Assembly: GCA_964016885.1 (NCBI GenBank)
Contig: OZ024755.1
Coordinates: 27,466,001 to 27,530,000 of the forward strand
Direction: 5' to 3'
Origin: Eledone cirrhosa
Lineage: Eukaryota
Length of the DNA stretch: 64,000 nt
Shown here: piece by piece, positions 25,411 to 37,486 of the stretch
How positions within the stretch are numbered: position 1 is the first letter of the stretch
Layout of the letters: every line of letters starts with the position of its first letter
The notes under the pieces: generated by a model
Seen by the model: only the letters and a program-made list of their open reading frames with translations
Told to the model about the DNA's origin: nothing
Databases searched by the model: none
Program-made: the position numbers and the translations under genes

Positions 25411-26903
25411 AGCAGCCATGGTATGGATAAGATCAGACAGACTCGCAAAGATGATTCCCCAGGGAACAGTGTGACGAGGGAAGAGAAAGTGAGGCAGACA
25501 GAGGAAACGATGGACAGATAACATAGCTAAGTGGACAGGAAACCACTTTGCCACAACGCAAGTACTCGCCCTTGACCGTCAGAGATGGAATCAGTTGGTG
25601 CAACGTTTAACAGTGCAGTGTGCTAAAAACCCCGAAAATGGTTAGGAGACCATGATGATGATGATGATAGATAATTATATATAGATATAGATAATTATAT
25701 ATAAATGTGTATAAGCGCGTGTATGTGTGTGTGGAGGGGGGGGTATATGCATGGGTGTACGTGCGTGTGTGTGTAAACCAGCGTTCGAATCGGAGACGCT
25801 GGCAGTGAAACGCTATTATCACTGACAACGAACGCGAAGAGAAAATCCCTTATGGTTGTCTCATAACCTGCTAGAAATAGCAGTCAAGTTGGTTAACACA
25901 CCCAGGATGTTTTTCTTCTTTGATGTTATAAAATAATTGTTTCTACTTTTGGCACAAGGCCAGCAATTATTTCAGTGTATTACTGGTACTATATTTTATC
26001 GACCCCGTAAGGATGAAAGGCAAAGTCAACCTCGGCGGGATTTGAACTGTCCGTAAAGGGACGTAACTGTGCTGAAAAGCATGGCGTCCGACCCTCTACC
26101 GATACTGCCAATCCACCTGATGTTATAAAATAATAATAATAATTTCTACTCTAGGCACAAGACCAGCAATTTTGGGGGAGAGGAAAATCGATTAAATCGA
26201 CCCTCGGTGCATTACTGGTACTTTATTTTATCGACCCCGTAAGGATGAAAGGCAAAGTTAACCTCGGCGAGATTTGAACTCAGAACGTAAAGGACCATAA
26301 ATAATTATGAAATTATTGTGTACAGAACTCAGGTGCACTGCAACTCATCAAAGGTGCATGTGTATAGAAAGTATCAATAAACCTTATTAAGTATACTCTT
26401 ACTCCATTGCTGTGCTTACTTTTCCATTGTCACTTTTCGTTTTTGTGATGCACGAAGGAACTAACCAACAAGCATCTCACTATTATATTACATTATAAAT
26501 TATATCCTATATAGAGAGAGATTATATTATGTTATACTATATTATATTACATTATATATTATATTTTATATAGAAATATTTCCCTTTAATTATTATTCAA
26601 AATTGATTTTTAAAAAGTTTTAAAACTTACAACACAACGACACCAAGTATCTACTTGGTCGCTCTACCAGTTAAAAATACGTCGAATAAAATAAATATAT
26701 GGATAATACCAGATCAATAAACATCAAAATATTCGTCTGAATTATATTTACGACTTTATAAGACATTGTTAATGAAAAATAACGAATAAAAAAAAGGATT
26801 AACATGTAAAAACAAACCTTTTCATGTCGCGCACCATTTCATGTTTTTTTCTTCGCAGCAGACGATACATACTTTGGGGGTTGTGTGTGACTGTGTGTGT
26901 GTC

Positions 26904-26942
<39 letters not shown>

Positions 26943-26945
<3 letters not shown>

Positions 26946-27541
26946 AACGGAAAAAATGAAACGAAATTTCATTTCCCACTCTTAGTACGGCTGTTACTTA
27001 AATATAAGTATGTACACGTACATACACACATGTATACAGACGTACAGTAGTATGTATTTGTATATATACATACATGCACACACATATATATGTACGTATG
27101 GATTCACCGAACATTTATTATAATGCTCCGTGTGTCTATAAACAAACATCCCGTATTAAGCCGTAGTGTCCAGCAACCATCGTTGCTCATTTGTTCAACA
27201 CTGACAAAGGAACGCTGTACTAGTTTCAAGCTTATTAGCTATCGTCAGCAACGTACACCTTCCTGCCAGATTGTTGAACGTATATACTTACCTTATGCAT
27301 ATTAACGGCTGAGTAGCCCAATTTGCATATCGAGTGGGTTAATCGGCCGGGTGCACCGAAAACGATAAACGGAAAAAATGAAACGAAATTTCATTTCCCA
27401 CTCTTAGTACGGCTGTTACTTAAATATAAGTATGTACACGTACATACACACATGTATACAGACGTACAGTAGTATGTATATATATATACATACATGCACA
27501 CACATATATATGTACGTATGGATTCACCGAACATTTATTAT
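26943..27541. repeat. About 178-bp direct repeats (26943-27121, 27365-27541) around a unique segment
   Basis: Near-identical sequence by eye. Confidence 0.85.
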
Positions 27542-27623
27542 GCTAAGAGTATTGCAATCGTTTGTTAGACTGCTATCAATTAGTTAACACAGCGATAATT
27601 TGTTTTCTGTTTGTGTGTGTCCA

Positions 27624-27659
<36 letters not shown>

Positions 27660-27804
27660 TGTGTGTGTGTGTGTGTGTAATTAGACAGATGAATAGATGG
27701 ATGGGTAGGTAGATAGATGAGTGGGTGGATAGTTGGTTTGATAGATTGATAGATAGATATAGGAGATGAAAAGATGTAACTGATAGCATATCAAGCGATG
27801 TATA

Positions 27805-28120
27805 TTCTTCTTCGCCCACTTACACCTGAAAGGGTCAGAGGTGGGGTCACAGTCCTGGGTCAGCGGGTCCTGTCAGAAGCAACCGTCTCCAACTAAACCG
27901 AGCTAGATCCCCCAGCAACACCAGCCAAGCTCATGGATGTTATCCAACCATCTTATTATGGGTCTCCTACCTGTCCAGCGATTCTTTCTTGAGACATTCT
28001 AACCACATGTCCATAAGATCAGAGCTCTAAATTCGGAGAAGTAGCGGCTCTATCTGGGGTGACTCTCTGATCTCCGAGCTACGCGCTTTATCGCGTAACG
28101 TTACTCCAATGACCCTTTAG
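27805..28120 (-). mobile_element. RTE 3' end fragment
   Basis: Same family as 33080-33500, 35370-35750 and 43275-43565; (GAA)n tail. Confidence 0.7.
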
Positions 28121-29027
28121 TATAACATATACATCGGCCCGGAAGGCACCGATGTATGTGCTATATTAAATTTATGTAACAATATAAAACGGACTTATTT
28201 TATATCTTAAATATACAGTAGTTGAAGAAGATGGTTATAGAAAAAGGAAAAAAATTCATGAGTAGGCTTCTTGAAATAAATCTACGTGAATTAGCTGGAA
28301 AGCGATTCATTGGAAGCTAGTAAAACAGCTCCTAAAACAGCTAGTAAAATTAGTCTTTGACAATTGATAGGATAACGAACCCCGATATCCAAGTATATAT
28401 AAGTAAATCCGTACGAAAGTGTTAAGCACATAAAGCCATAAGGAATTCAAAGGTATTTACAATACCACTTTTAAAAATCGTTTTAGAACTAAGTATTTGT
28501 GTGGTTGAAGTGATGAATTATATAACTAAATTATAAATACCACACCCGCTAAAAAGTTCAATCACACACACTCACTCACTCGAAGCAAAATCAGACACTA
28601 AAAAAAAAAAATTCTTCTTCACGCGCCCATGTGGGATTGAACTCTTAAACTCTGTACCGAAAGGTTGGAGAATAGGCAGCAACGCTGAGCATTAATATGT
28701 ATTGAAAGGAAACTATCTGGTTCTGGTTTTCGTTTTTAATCTATGCAGAAAGAGGGAGGGGTGCAGAGCGAAAGAGCTGAGATATTACTATTTGAAGTTA
28801 CTATGACCATTATTCAACTACGGCCCTTGCCATTCTGAGTTCAAATCCCGCCAAGGTTAACTTTGCCTTTCATCCTTACGGGGTCGATAAAATAAAGTAC
28901 CAGTAATGCACTGGGTATTTGTTGGCCTTGTGTCAAAAGTAGAAACAATTATTACGAACAGTCGAGTGTATATATGTATATAAATATATATATATATTAT
29001 AGGAGGAAGTTGTAGCTTGCTTGAAGC

Positions 29028-29084
<57 letters not shown>

Positions 29085-29799
29085 AATTTTACATGCATAT
29101 ATATAAATAAGATATTATATATTTTGAGACTAGTTAGACCATTATTCAACTTAGTACCTGACAAGCTGTTGTTTTGCACAAATGAAGCAGATACATTTTA
29201 AAAGTCTTAATTTATTCCGCCATCTTTTAATAATAAAATCATACGCTCTCTTTTTTACAGACACGGTCAAAGGGACATAATTTATAAAATATTATATCAA
29301 AACCTCATGTTACGTCCCCTTTATCAATAAAAAATTATAAATTTTGTTTGTAGAGATCGACAGTGTTTTTGTTTTACAAATAATTTTTATTTGCAGAAAA
29401 AAATTATAAAAAGCAATAAGAAAATGAAGAATAGTAGAAAAGTAAAGTAATAAAATGAAAGAAGAAATTGAACAATAAAAGGAAGGGAATCAACGTCTGA
29501 CACTAGACCCCAGTCTGAACGGTATCTCTCAGCAGACAAAATGACGACAGTGTTGCCACTCCGTTTCACGGGATTCTTTCCGTAGGCGGGCTGGCATTTT
29601 TCCGAAAAATATGTCAGTTCAGGTACGTAGGACACTTGAAGTCTCGATGGTAATCAGCGTAAAACCGAAGCAGTTATCCCATCTGGGCGTTTACCATCGC
29701 CATAATCAAGACCAAATGGCTCCGGTTGTGATGGGAAGCCAGCCACATCAAGGCTGTATGTTGGAGGAACTGCCCTGTGTTGTGGCGGCAGGATAGCAG

Positions 29800-31380
29800 G
29801 TCTAGATTGAACTCAACAAGAGTTCAACAATGGTATCTGTATAACCTGCACACACAGAGTCCAAGGCGCTTGGCCACTCCAATGCGAGTTCACTTGTCAA
29901 GAAGGGTACCGATTGATGAGGAGGACACCAAATTGATGCATGTATGCTACTGTTGGCTGAAAGATGGAACTGAGGTAAGCAAGGTGACGTTGGTCCAATG
30001 AAGACTTGAGGCGGCATCGATCCAACGAAGTTTCAAGACGCCGAAAGGTTGACCTGCATTTGATGTTATCCCAGTTACATTAAGTATCTGCAAACTGGGG
30101 TACAGAGAGGCCTTCGTCTCTCTAACAGCCCAGAGCCGACTCCAGTTCACAGGTAACGCCTGGACATGTAGTCTTGTGGAAGATTTCGCTGATGTGGGTG
30201 CAACTGGAGGAGAGTGAGCACAGATAGTCCAGTTGTGCTAGATCTGAAGTGCCTCGGAGGCTGAGACTACCAAATTTTACGGGGAGGCTTGCCTGTTGCC
30301 AGATGCCACAGACAAACCAGACATTGCAGATGAGTTCAGCATTATGTCAGAGGGCAGAAACAAGATGGTCTCTGTAAAGTTAACAAGGCATACCACAAAG
30401 TGTGAAGAGGAGTCTGGGGAGGGAAAAAAGTCCTTCAAAAGGAAGAGCGCTGGATGTGCATCAATGAGGCACAGTCTCTCTGTCATCCTCGTTAGGGTCA
30501 GGTCAGCAAACTTGCTCTTTAGGCACTCTTGTATGGCTTTTGAGAGGATGATGGAGCCAAGGGTGAAGGCCTCATCTTTCAGTTTTAGCTGAGCCCTAGA
30601 CAGGACAGCTTGGATACTGAGTATGGCATCTAGAAATTCAGTTTCTCCAAAGCTCACATTTATCACTTCAGACTTGGTTGGGTTGATTTCAAGTCTGAGG
30701 TGCAATAGGGCTGGGGTGATTTACTGAAGGTCGTTGACAACAGACAGCCAAGCCACCCATAGTCACATCATCCAGGTACCAGATATTGAAGGATGAGCAA
30801 ACTGTGGACAATGTCGACAGCTAGAGCAAAGAAGAGCGAGCTGAGTAGGTCACCTTGCTGGACACCACTAGAAGTGATCTTATTCCCAGCAGCAATAAGT
30901 GTGCTGGGAGCCCCATAAGAGAGAGATGTGCAAGAGGGAGTATAGTTGGAGTATAATGTGATCATGCCTAACACCATTAAAAGCATTTTGCATATCCAGT
31001 TTGACTAAGAGGCGAGGTGATGAAGGAGATGTGTGCTCAATGACATCCACTCATGACACCTACTCCAAGCTGGATAGAGCATGGTACATGGTTTAGGTCC
31101 TCCACAATTGACCTGCTGGCTATCTTGACTGCGAGTCTCCAAAAGACTTTGTCCACAGCAATGGTATAAATGCCTCCATCATTCTTCTTTGGTGGAGTCA
31201 AATTAGCCGAGAAGAAAAGGTTGTGAACATGACAAGGGAAGGTCACATCAGAGAAAACTGTTTATTAGTGCAGTAATCAACCGAAGCAAATGAGCTCCCG
31301 CATAGTGTGGTAAGATTAGATCTTCCAGGTGGCCCAGTCGCAGGCCATTTACTCTACCACAGCTGCTCCCTGTCTTTGCA
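29800..31380 (-). mobile_element. Degenerate CRE-like reverse transcriptase
   Basis: KKNDGGIYTIAV, QLGVGV, KLDMQNAFN, SGVQQGDLLSSLFF, WYLDD, LEINPTKSE, IDAHPALFLLK. Confidence 0.8.
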
Positions 31381-31479
31381 CTTGTCTTTGTTGGAAACTA
31401 GACCATATCTTCTGGCTATATCCATTGTCCTCAAGTTCTTATCATGCTCTTCAATTGTTTTTTATTATGTCAGGTAACT

Positions 31480-31850
31480 CTTGAGTGCTGCTGGTTGCAT
31501 GTAACCCAGTACAACCTGTCGTATGGTCGGGTTGTCAGCGACTAAACCGGCAACCCCACCAAGTTTACTTGGTGAGGAGGGTTATTTTGGACACCCTGCA
31601 GGACAAAAAACAAAACCTGACAAAGGGCAGAAGAACTCATAAGAGTCAACAGCCATCTACAAAAAAAAAAAAATCCTGCCAAATCAATGGGTGGCAGTAG
31701 TTCCAGCTGCACGCATTAAAACACTGGTGTAATGGTTCTGAGAACAATGCGGCTTTGCAGATGATCAACGCAAATTGATAATGGAAAGGCGCTCCTGCTC
31801 GAGTTAGAAGAGAACTATTGACCTTCAGGAGGAACAACGACCCCTGATTG
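31480..31850 (+). mobile_element. RTE 5'-UTR-related fragment
   Basis: Reverse-complement similarity to 14760-14950. Confidence 0.6.
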
Positions 31851-31949
31851 TATTCAGCAACCGAAACAAATATGAAGTACACCAAATCTAATGCTCCTAG
31901 GGGTGGCTCTGGTTCTTCTTATTTGCGAGTGTAAAGTTGGCCAGATTAG

Positions 31950-33060
31950 ATAGATTAGATTAGATTCAATCGTTTTGCCATATAAACAAATATCATTAGA
32001 TATACCACTGGCTCCTATGCAACCTTCTAATATTAGGTCCATTTTTTGCTGATAAATGTCCTGAAAAATCTTGAAACCAAAGCAACACCTTAAATAGCTA
32101 TCTACCAAAAGGAACCAGGCTTGATTCCTCAAGAGGTAATGCCCAATATCCATGTTTTGCACCTAATTTTGTAAAATATTCAGCACCAGCTAGCTTAAGA
32201 GAAATTTCCTCAAGAGTTCAGGTTTTGTGGTAAATTCTTCTAATACATTTAATCAGGGGTTTTGTGGTAAATTCTTCTAATACATTTAATCAGGAGTTTT
32301 GTGGTAAATTCTTTAATACATTTAATCAGGGGTTTTGTGGTAAATTCTTCTAATACATTTAATCAGGGGTTTAGTGGTAAATTCTTCTAATACATTTAAT
32401 CAGGGGTTTAGTGGTAAATTCTTCTAATACATTTATTCAGGGGTTTTGTGGTAAATTCAGGGGTTTTTAATCTAAGCATATGCATAACTTACCATTTTTC
32501 TTTCTGCTACATGAATTGAGTTCATCCAGTCTATTGGTTCATTTACGATCACATCAATATCTTTCATTTTGTCTAATTCTTTTTCCATTTCATTCTTTCG
32601 AGTGCACTCAATATTTTCTTGAAAGTTGGAACACTGGTGTTGCATTTCTAATAATGTGTATTTTTTGTTTCCCTGGAAAATTTCCGATACTCTAAAATAT
32701 GTCAGGGTATTTATTTTCAAGGTCTTCTATGCTATCTTTTTACTATCTGATGATAAAATATCACAGTTGATTTATACCAAACCCCACTTTACACAAGGTC
32801 ATAGACCTAATATTGTTATATCATTATTGCACACAAAAAATTTGGCTCGGATGGTGTCTAATGCTGAGAATCATTGAAAAATGTTGTAGTATCTTGGTAC
32901 CATTCACATTCCATAGAGTAATTTGTTCTCTTTTGAGATATACAGGTTCACCAGTATTTTTATCAATATTTTGGGAGTAAATTTGTTTATATAGCCTCAA
33001 GAGTAGTTTTCATTGAGCCCAGTGTCTATTTTCATTTTTATTTTGCACATTCCTTCATGG
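31950..33060 (-). mobile_element. Degenerate Ty3/Gypsy pol (protease and RT)
   Basis: KMKIDTG, EPIDWMNS, FTKLGAKHGYW, CFGFKIFQDIYQQKMDLILEG, NDICLYG. Confidence 0.7.
32219..32470. repeat. 37-bp minisatellite, about 6 copies, inside the Gypsy RT remnant
   Basis: caggggttttgtggtaaattcttctaatacatttaat. Confidence 0.9.
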
Positions 33061-33079
33061 GAGTCTATGATAGCAAATA

Positions 33080-34575
33080 TTCGCTTCTTCTTCTTCACCC
33101 ACTTATACCTGAGAGGTTCGTGCGGGCAGAGTCCTCAAACACCCCTTCCAGAATGTCCTGTCAGAAGCAACCATCTCCAATTAATCTGGTTGGATCTCCA
33201 AGCAACACCAGCTGAGTTCATAGATATTATCCAACCTTTATGCTCGGGATCTACCCCTAGGTCTCCTAGGGTTGATTTTGCCAGCAAAATCTGTCCAGCG
33301 ATTCTTTCCTGAGACATTCTAACCACATGCCCATAATATTGGAGCTGTGATCTCTCAATTCGGAGAAGTGGTGGCTCTACTTGGAGTGACTCTCTGGTCT
33401 CCAAGCTACGCACTCTGTCAAGTAACATTATTTCCAAAGACTCTTTTGAGGAAACCCATTTCAGCCCCTTGTATTTGCAATCATATTCACATGGCAGAGC
33501 CATCTCTCACCTTCCTTTTTGAAAATTGGGATTATCTCTTCCGATTGCCATTGTTTAGGTGCCTTTCCAAAGATCCAGGCCACCCGGTACACATGACAAT
33601 ATCTTCTCTATTTAAGGCTTTTATCATCTTGGGCCAAATTTCATCCTCTTCAGCAGTTTTGCCACATTTGAGCTCTTCTATTGCTCATGACCTCAGCCTC
33701 TGAGAGATTAGTCACTGCTCCCAGATGCACCTCATGCACAGTAGAAAATACTGTTGTGATCAAGTTTAGATCAGCAAAGTATTCTCTCCACCTCGAGAGG
33801 ATGCACCTCTCTAAAGACAGGAGGGCCCCAGACGCGTTCCTGATAGCAGGTGTGGAGAACTTCTTATAATGAAGCCAGCAAATAGTCTGCCAGAACACTT
33901 TATTTACTGATCTAAAGTCAGATTCCAGCTTAAACCCAAAGTCCTCTCGTGTCTTAACTTTGGAGGCCTTTACTGTCTCTGCTGTGACTTTTCTTGCCTG
34001 CTTGTACCGCAAGTGCAAGATGGAGGACTTATATCCAAGCTTTGTAGGCCTCTTTCTTTGCTCAGGTGGCATCTTTGACCTCTTGATTGAACCAAGGAGT
34101 CCTGCCATCTGGCGCTACACCAAGCCTCTTTTGCCTGCAGGATTTAAAAGCTGAAGCAAAAACTGCTGAGCTGAACAATCTCCACCAATGCTTCCCACTT
34201 TATCCTATAGGTCACTCTGGACCTACCAGTTTTGTGGGCTCTTTTTGCTTTATGCAGCAGATAACTAGATGGTGATCAGTTGACAGCTCAGCCCCTCTCT
34301 TAACACGTACATCCAGCACAGAATCAAAGAGATCAGAGACCATTACAAAATAAATTATAGATTTCTGTCCCTGATTCCCCTTATACCATGTATATTTATG
34401 GATGTCTCTGTGCTGGAAAGTGTTCATAATAGAGAGTCCATTGCTAGAACAGAAGTCCAGCAAGGCCTCTCCATTTGTATTTAGATTGGGGTTGCCATTC
34501 CGTCCAATCACTCCTTCCCATGTCAGGTCATCAGTGCCAACATGTGCATTGAAGTCACCCATCAGGATATATGGC
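33080..34575 (-). mobile_element. RTE LINE: endonuclease and linker joined to a 3' end
   Basis: PYILMGDFNAHVG, LSTDHHLV, ILSRWREYF, IERSQLQYYGHVVRM. Confidence 0.85.
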
Positions 34576-35752
34576 AATCAGGAGTGATAATCCCTATTTT
34601 CAAAAAGGGAGACAAGAGAGATTGTTCCAATTACAGAGGGATCTCCTGGCATCAAGATGCAGGGAGATTGTAGAGTCCAAGCTAGCTGATGAACAGTGTG
34701 GTTTTTACCCTGGACACAGCACAGCCAACCAAATATTCACACTGCAGCAGGTCTTCGAGAAATCTTGGGAGTATTGCCATGAAGTATATTCTTGTTTTGT
34801 CGACCTTCAGAAGGCATATGACCGCGTTCCTTGGGACCTGCTGTGGAAGGCTGTGCAGGAGTATGGGATTGATAGTCAGCTTCTTGCTGCCCTGATGTCT
34901 CTATACGAATGCCCGAGTATTTGTGTTCGGATAAATATTACTAAATCGAAACCATTCAATGTGGGAGTCGAACTCTGCCTAGGGAGCATACTGTCACCTC
35001 TCCTGTTCATTATTTACATGAACCGGATTCACATGCACTGCCGAGTTGGAAGTGGTATCATAACTGGCAGGTGTAAAATCAGTCGGCTGGAATTTGCAGA
35101 CGACATGGTGTTACTCAATTCGACAGATGATCTTCGACTTGCACTTGGTAGGTTTGATACCAAGTGCTGGATGGCTGGAATGAAAATCTGTATCTTGGGA
35201 CCATGTTCAAGAATGATGGAAGGCAGGAGGCTGAATTAAATGCAAGAATTGCAGGAGCTAGTGCAGTAATGTGCCAGCTTCAGCATTTGGTAATCAGAAG
35301 GGAGGTAGGTGTAAAAGTCATTTCAATTCATGCCCATCCTTACCTATGGTAATGAATCTTGGGTAATGTCTGAAAGAATATGATCGCAAATACAAGGGGC
35401 TGAAATGGGGTTCCTCAGAAGAGTCTTTGGAATAATGTTACTTGACAGAGTGTGTAGCTTGGAGATCAGAGTCACTCCAGGTAGAGCCGCTACTTCTCTG
35501 AATTGAGAGATCACAGCTCCGATCCTATGGGCATGTCTCGAGAAAGAATCGCTGGACAGATTTTATGGGCGAAACCAATAGGCAGGAGAACCAGGGGTAG
35601 GTCCCGAGCAAGATGGTTGGATAACATCCGTGAGCTTGGCTGGTCATGTTTGGGATCCAGCAGGATCAGTTGGAAACAGTTCCTGCTGAAGGGAGTGTTT
35701 AAGGACTATGTTCACACGACCCTCTAAGGAATAAGAGGGCGAAGAAAAAAAG
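34572..35752 (+). mobile_element. RTE LINE: RT domain to 3' end
   Basis: IIPIFKKGD..CSNYRGI, QCGF, FVDLQKAYDRV, LSPLLF, FADD. Confidence 0.9.
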
Positions 35753-36479
35753 AATACTCTACAGTTTATTGTACTGATGAAAACTCTAATCATTCAAACC
35801 ATACTTGGTTTTTGTATTAGATGTGCTTAAAAAATGTTGAATATAATTGCTATTTCTTTCTGTTCAGCCGGAAAAATCGCATTTTGTATTACTTCTCAAC
35901 TCCTTGATTCTGTGCTAACTGAAATATAGTTGTGATTCAGTTTTTCATCTGAAATAATAGCTCATAAAATCAAACCATTCGTCAAAAGCTTTACACTTGT
36001 TTTCGTTCGACCAGTCAAAGCTTGTTAACGGAATGACGCCGCCATCTTTTTGGCGCTCGTCGTTCGATTCAGCTCACTTGGACACGTTAGAAAAAAAAAT
36101 AATAAATTAACCTCTTTGTCGTATTATTATCATCTTTGCGATTACTTGCTTTCAATTTTTTTTTTTTTGTTTTGTTTTTAAATGGGACTGGCATATCGCT
36201 GTCTCGATGCCACCATGACACGTTGTGTTTTACACAAATGAAGCAGACACATTTTAAAAGCGTTACTATTTCGCCATCTTAATTATCTTCTTTTTAAAAA
36301 AAATAATAAATCACGTGATATCTTTAAGGCACAATCAAAGGGACATAATTTATAAAATACTGTAACAAAACATCATATTACAGTACCCTATACATACGAA
36401 CATTAAATTATATGTTTTTACCCATAACTATCTAGATATATAGGGATGTACAAATGAAACCGTCTTTCTTGTTTATTAT

Positions 36480-36516
<37 letters not shown>

Positions 36517-37465
36517 TTATATATATGTATATACATGACACACCAACCATAGCAACCTCCGAAATCGAAACTCTGCGGCACCCCACCTTCTTCCGTATTC
36601 AGGGGAGTTGGAGGTTAGATTATTTGACACACACGAAAAAGAAAATTGGGGAAAATAAACAATATAAACCTACTAGAGGGTGCTTTTCTATAAATTTACC
36701 GTTTTTTTATGGGGGTATCAGTAGCTACACATCAACGCTAGATAGCGACATTCTACTTACACGCAGTACCATTCGTACCCCCTTCTCAGTTCCCACTGAC
36801 TAACCACTATGTTCAATCTCCCTTAGAGAAAAATCAACCCGCTGGAAATCCTTTCCGTAATCACCCAATCTCATCAGTCATGAAAGATTAGGCACCTTTC
36901 TCGTTGCTATACTATATTCTAAAATGCAAGCGTGTGTGGGTATTTTTCCCCAGCCATTCTTTTAATTTATCACACCAATTAGTGTCTATTTTCAAATCAC
37001 AAACCAAGGTTGACTGATTAAGCCAAATAAGATAGAAACATGTCCAGAGTTACCATCGTATTAGCAACAATTAAATTCAGATACCACTACATTGTATATT
37101 TAATTAATTTTAATTAATATTCTAGGGTTGTCTCCCCTGTTTTTTTCTTTTGGTTGGCGCCTACTTTACTACTTCAAATTTGTTATCACATAACTCTATA
37201 AAATATTCAATAAATATATTTACACTGAGCAAAAGTTTGATTTACATATTTTACGATATTATTACCTTGCAATAAATAATGTAATAAAATAAAAATTTAT
37301 CATATAATTCAATGATGTAGATATATATTAAGTAGATACGAAACTACATGGTAGTGTCTTTACCTTGATATAGGCTGTGTGCACACGGCTTCAATCTTCA
37401 TTTACAGAGAAAATTCATAGCAGCAGAAATTTTGTACGATATAATATTCCAGAAAACAAAGTGAA

Positions 37466-37486
37466 ATGGCTGCTAGAAAGAGTAAG
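37466..37486 (+). CDS. NCL: Nucleolin-like exon 1 (MAARKSK)
   Basis: gaaATGG start context, donor AAG|GTATGT, phase 0. Confidence 0.7.

Noticed and set aside
25779-25829. Two adjacent hairpins (CCAGCGT/ACGCTGG, CAGTGA/TCACTG)
   Set aside because: Short stems, no family motif; could arise by chance
27284-27293. U1 snRNA 5' end (ATACTTACCT)
   Set aside because: Downstream sequence does not match U1 and has no Sm site; better read as a minus-strand donor
28620-28690. tRNA gene on the minus strand
   Set aside because: B box only, no cloverleaf; likely a decayed SINE head
35945-36046. Minus-strand ATGGCGGCG start and Crypton-like peptide RTKTSVKAFDEW
   Set aside because: The frame stops after six codons and the peptide match is too short to support a call
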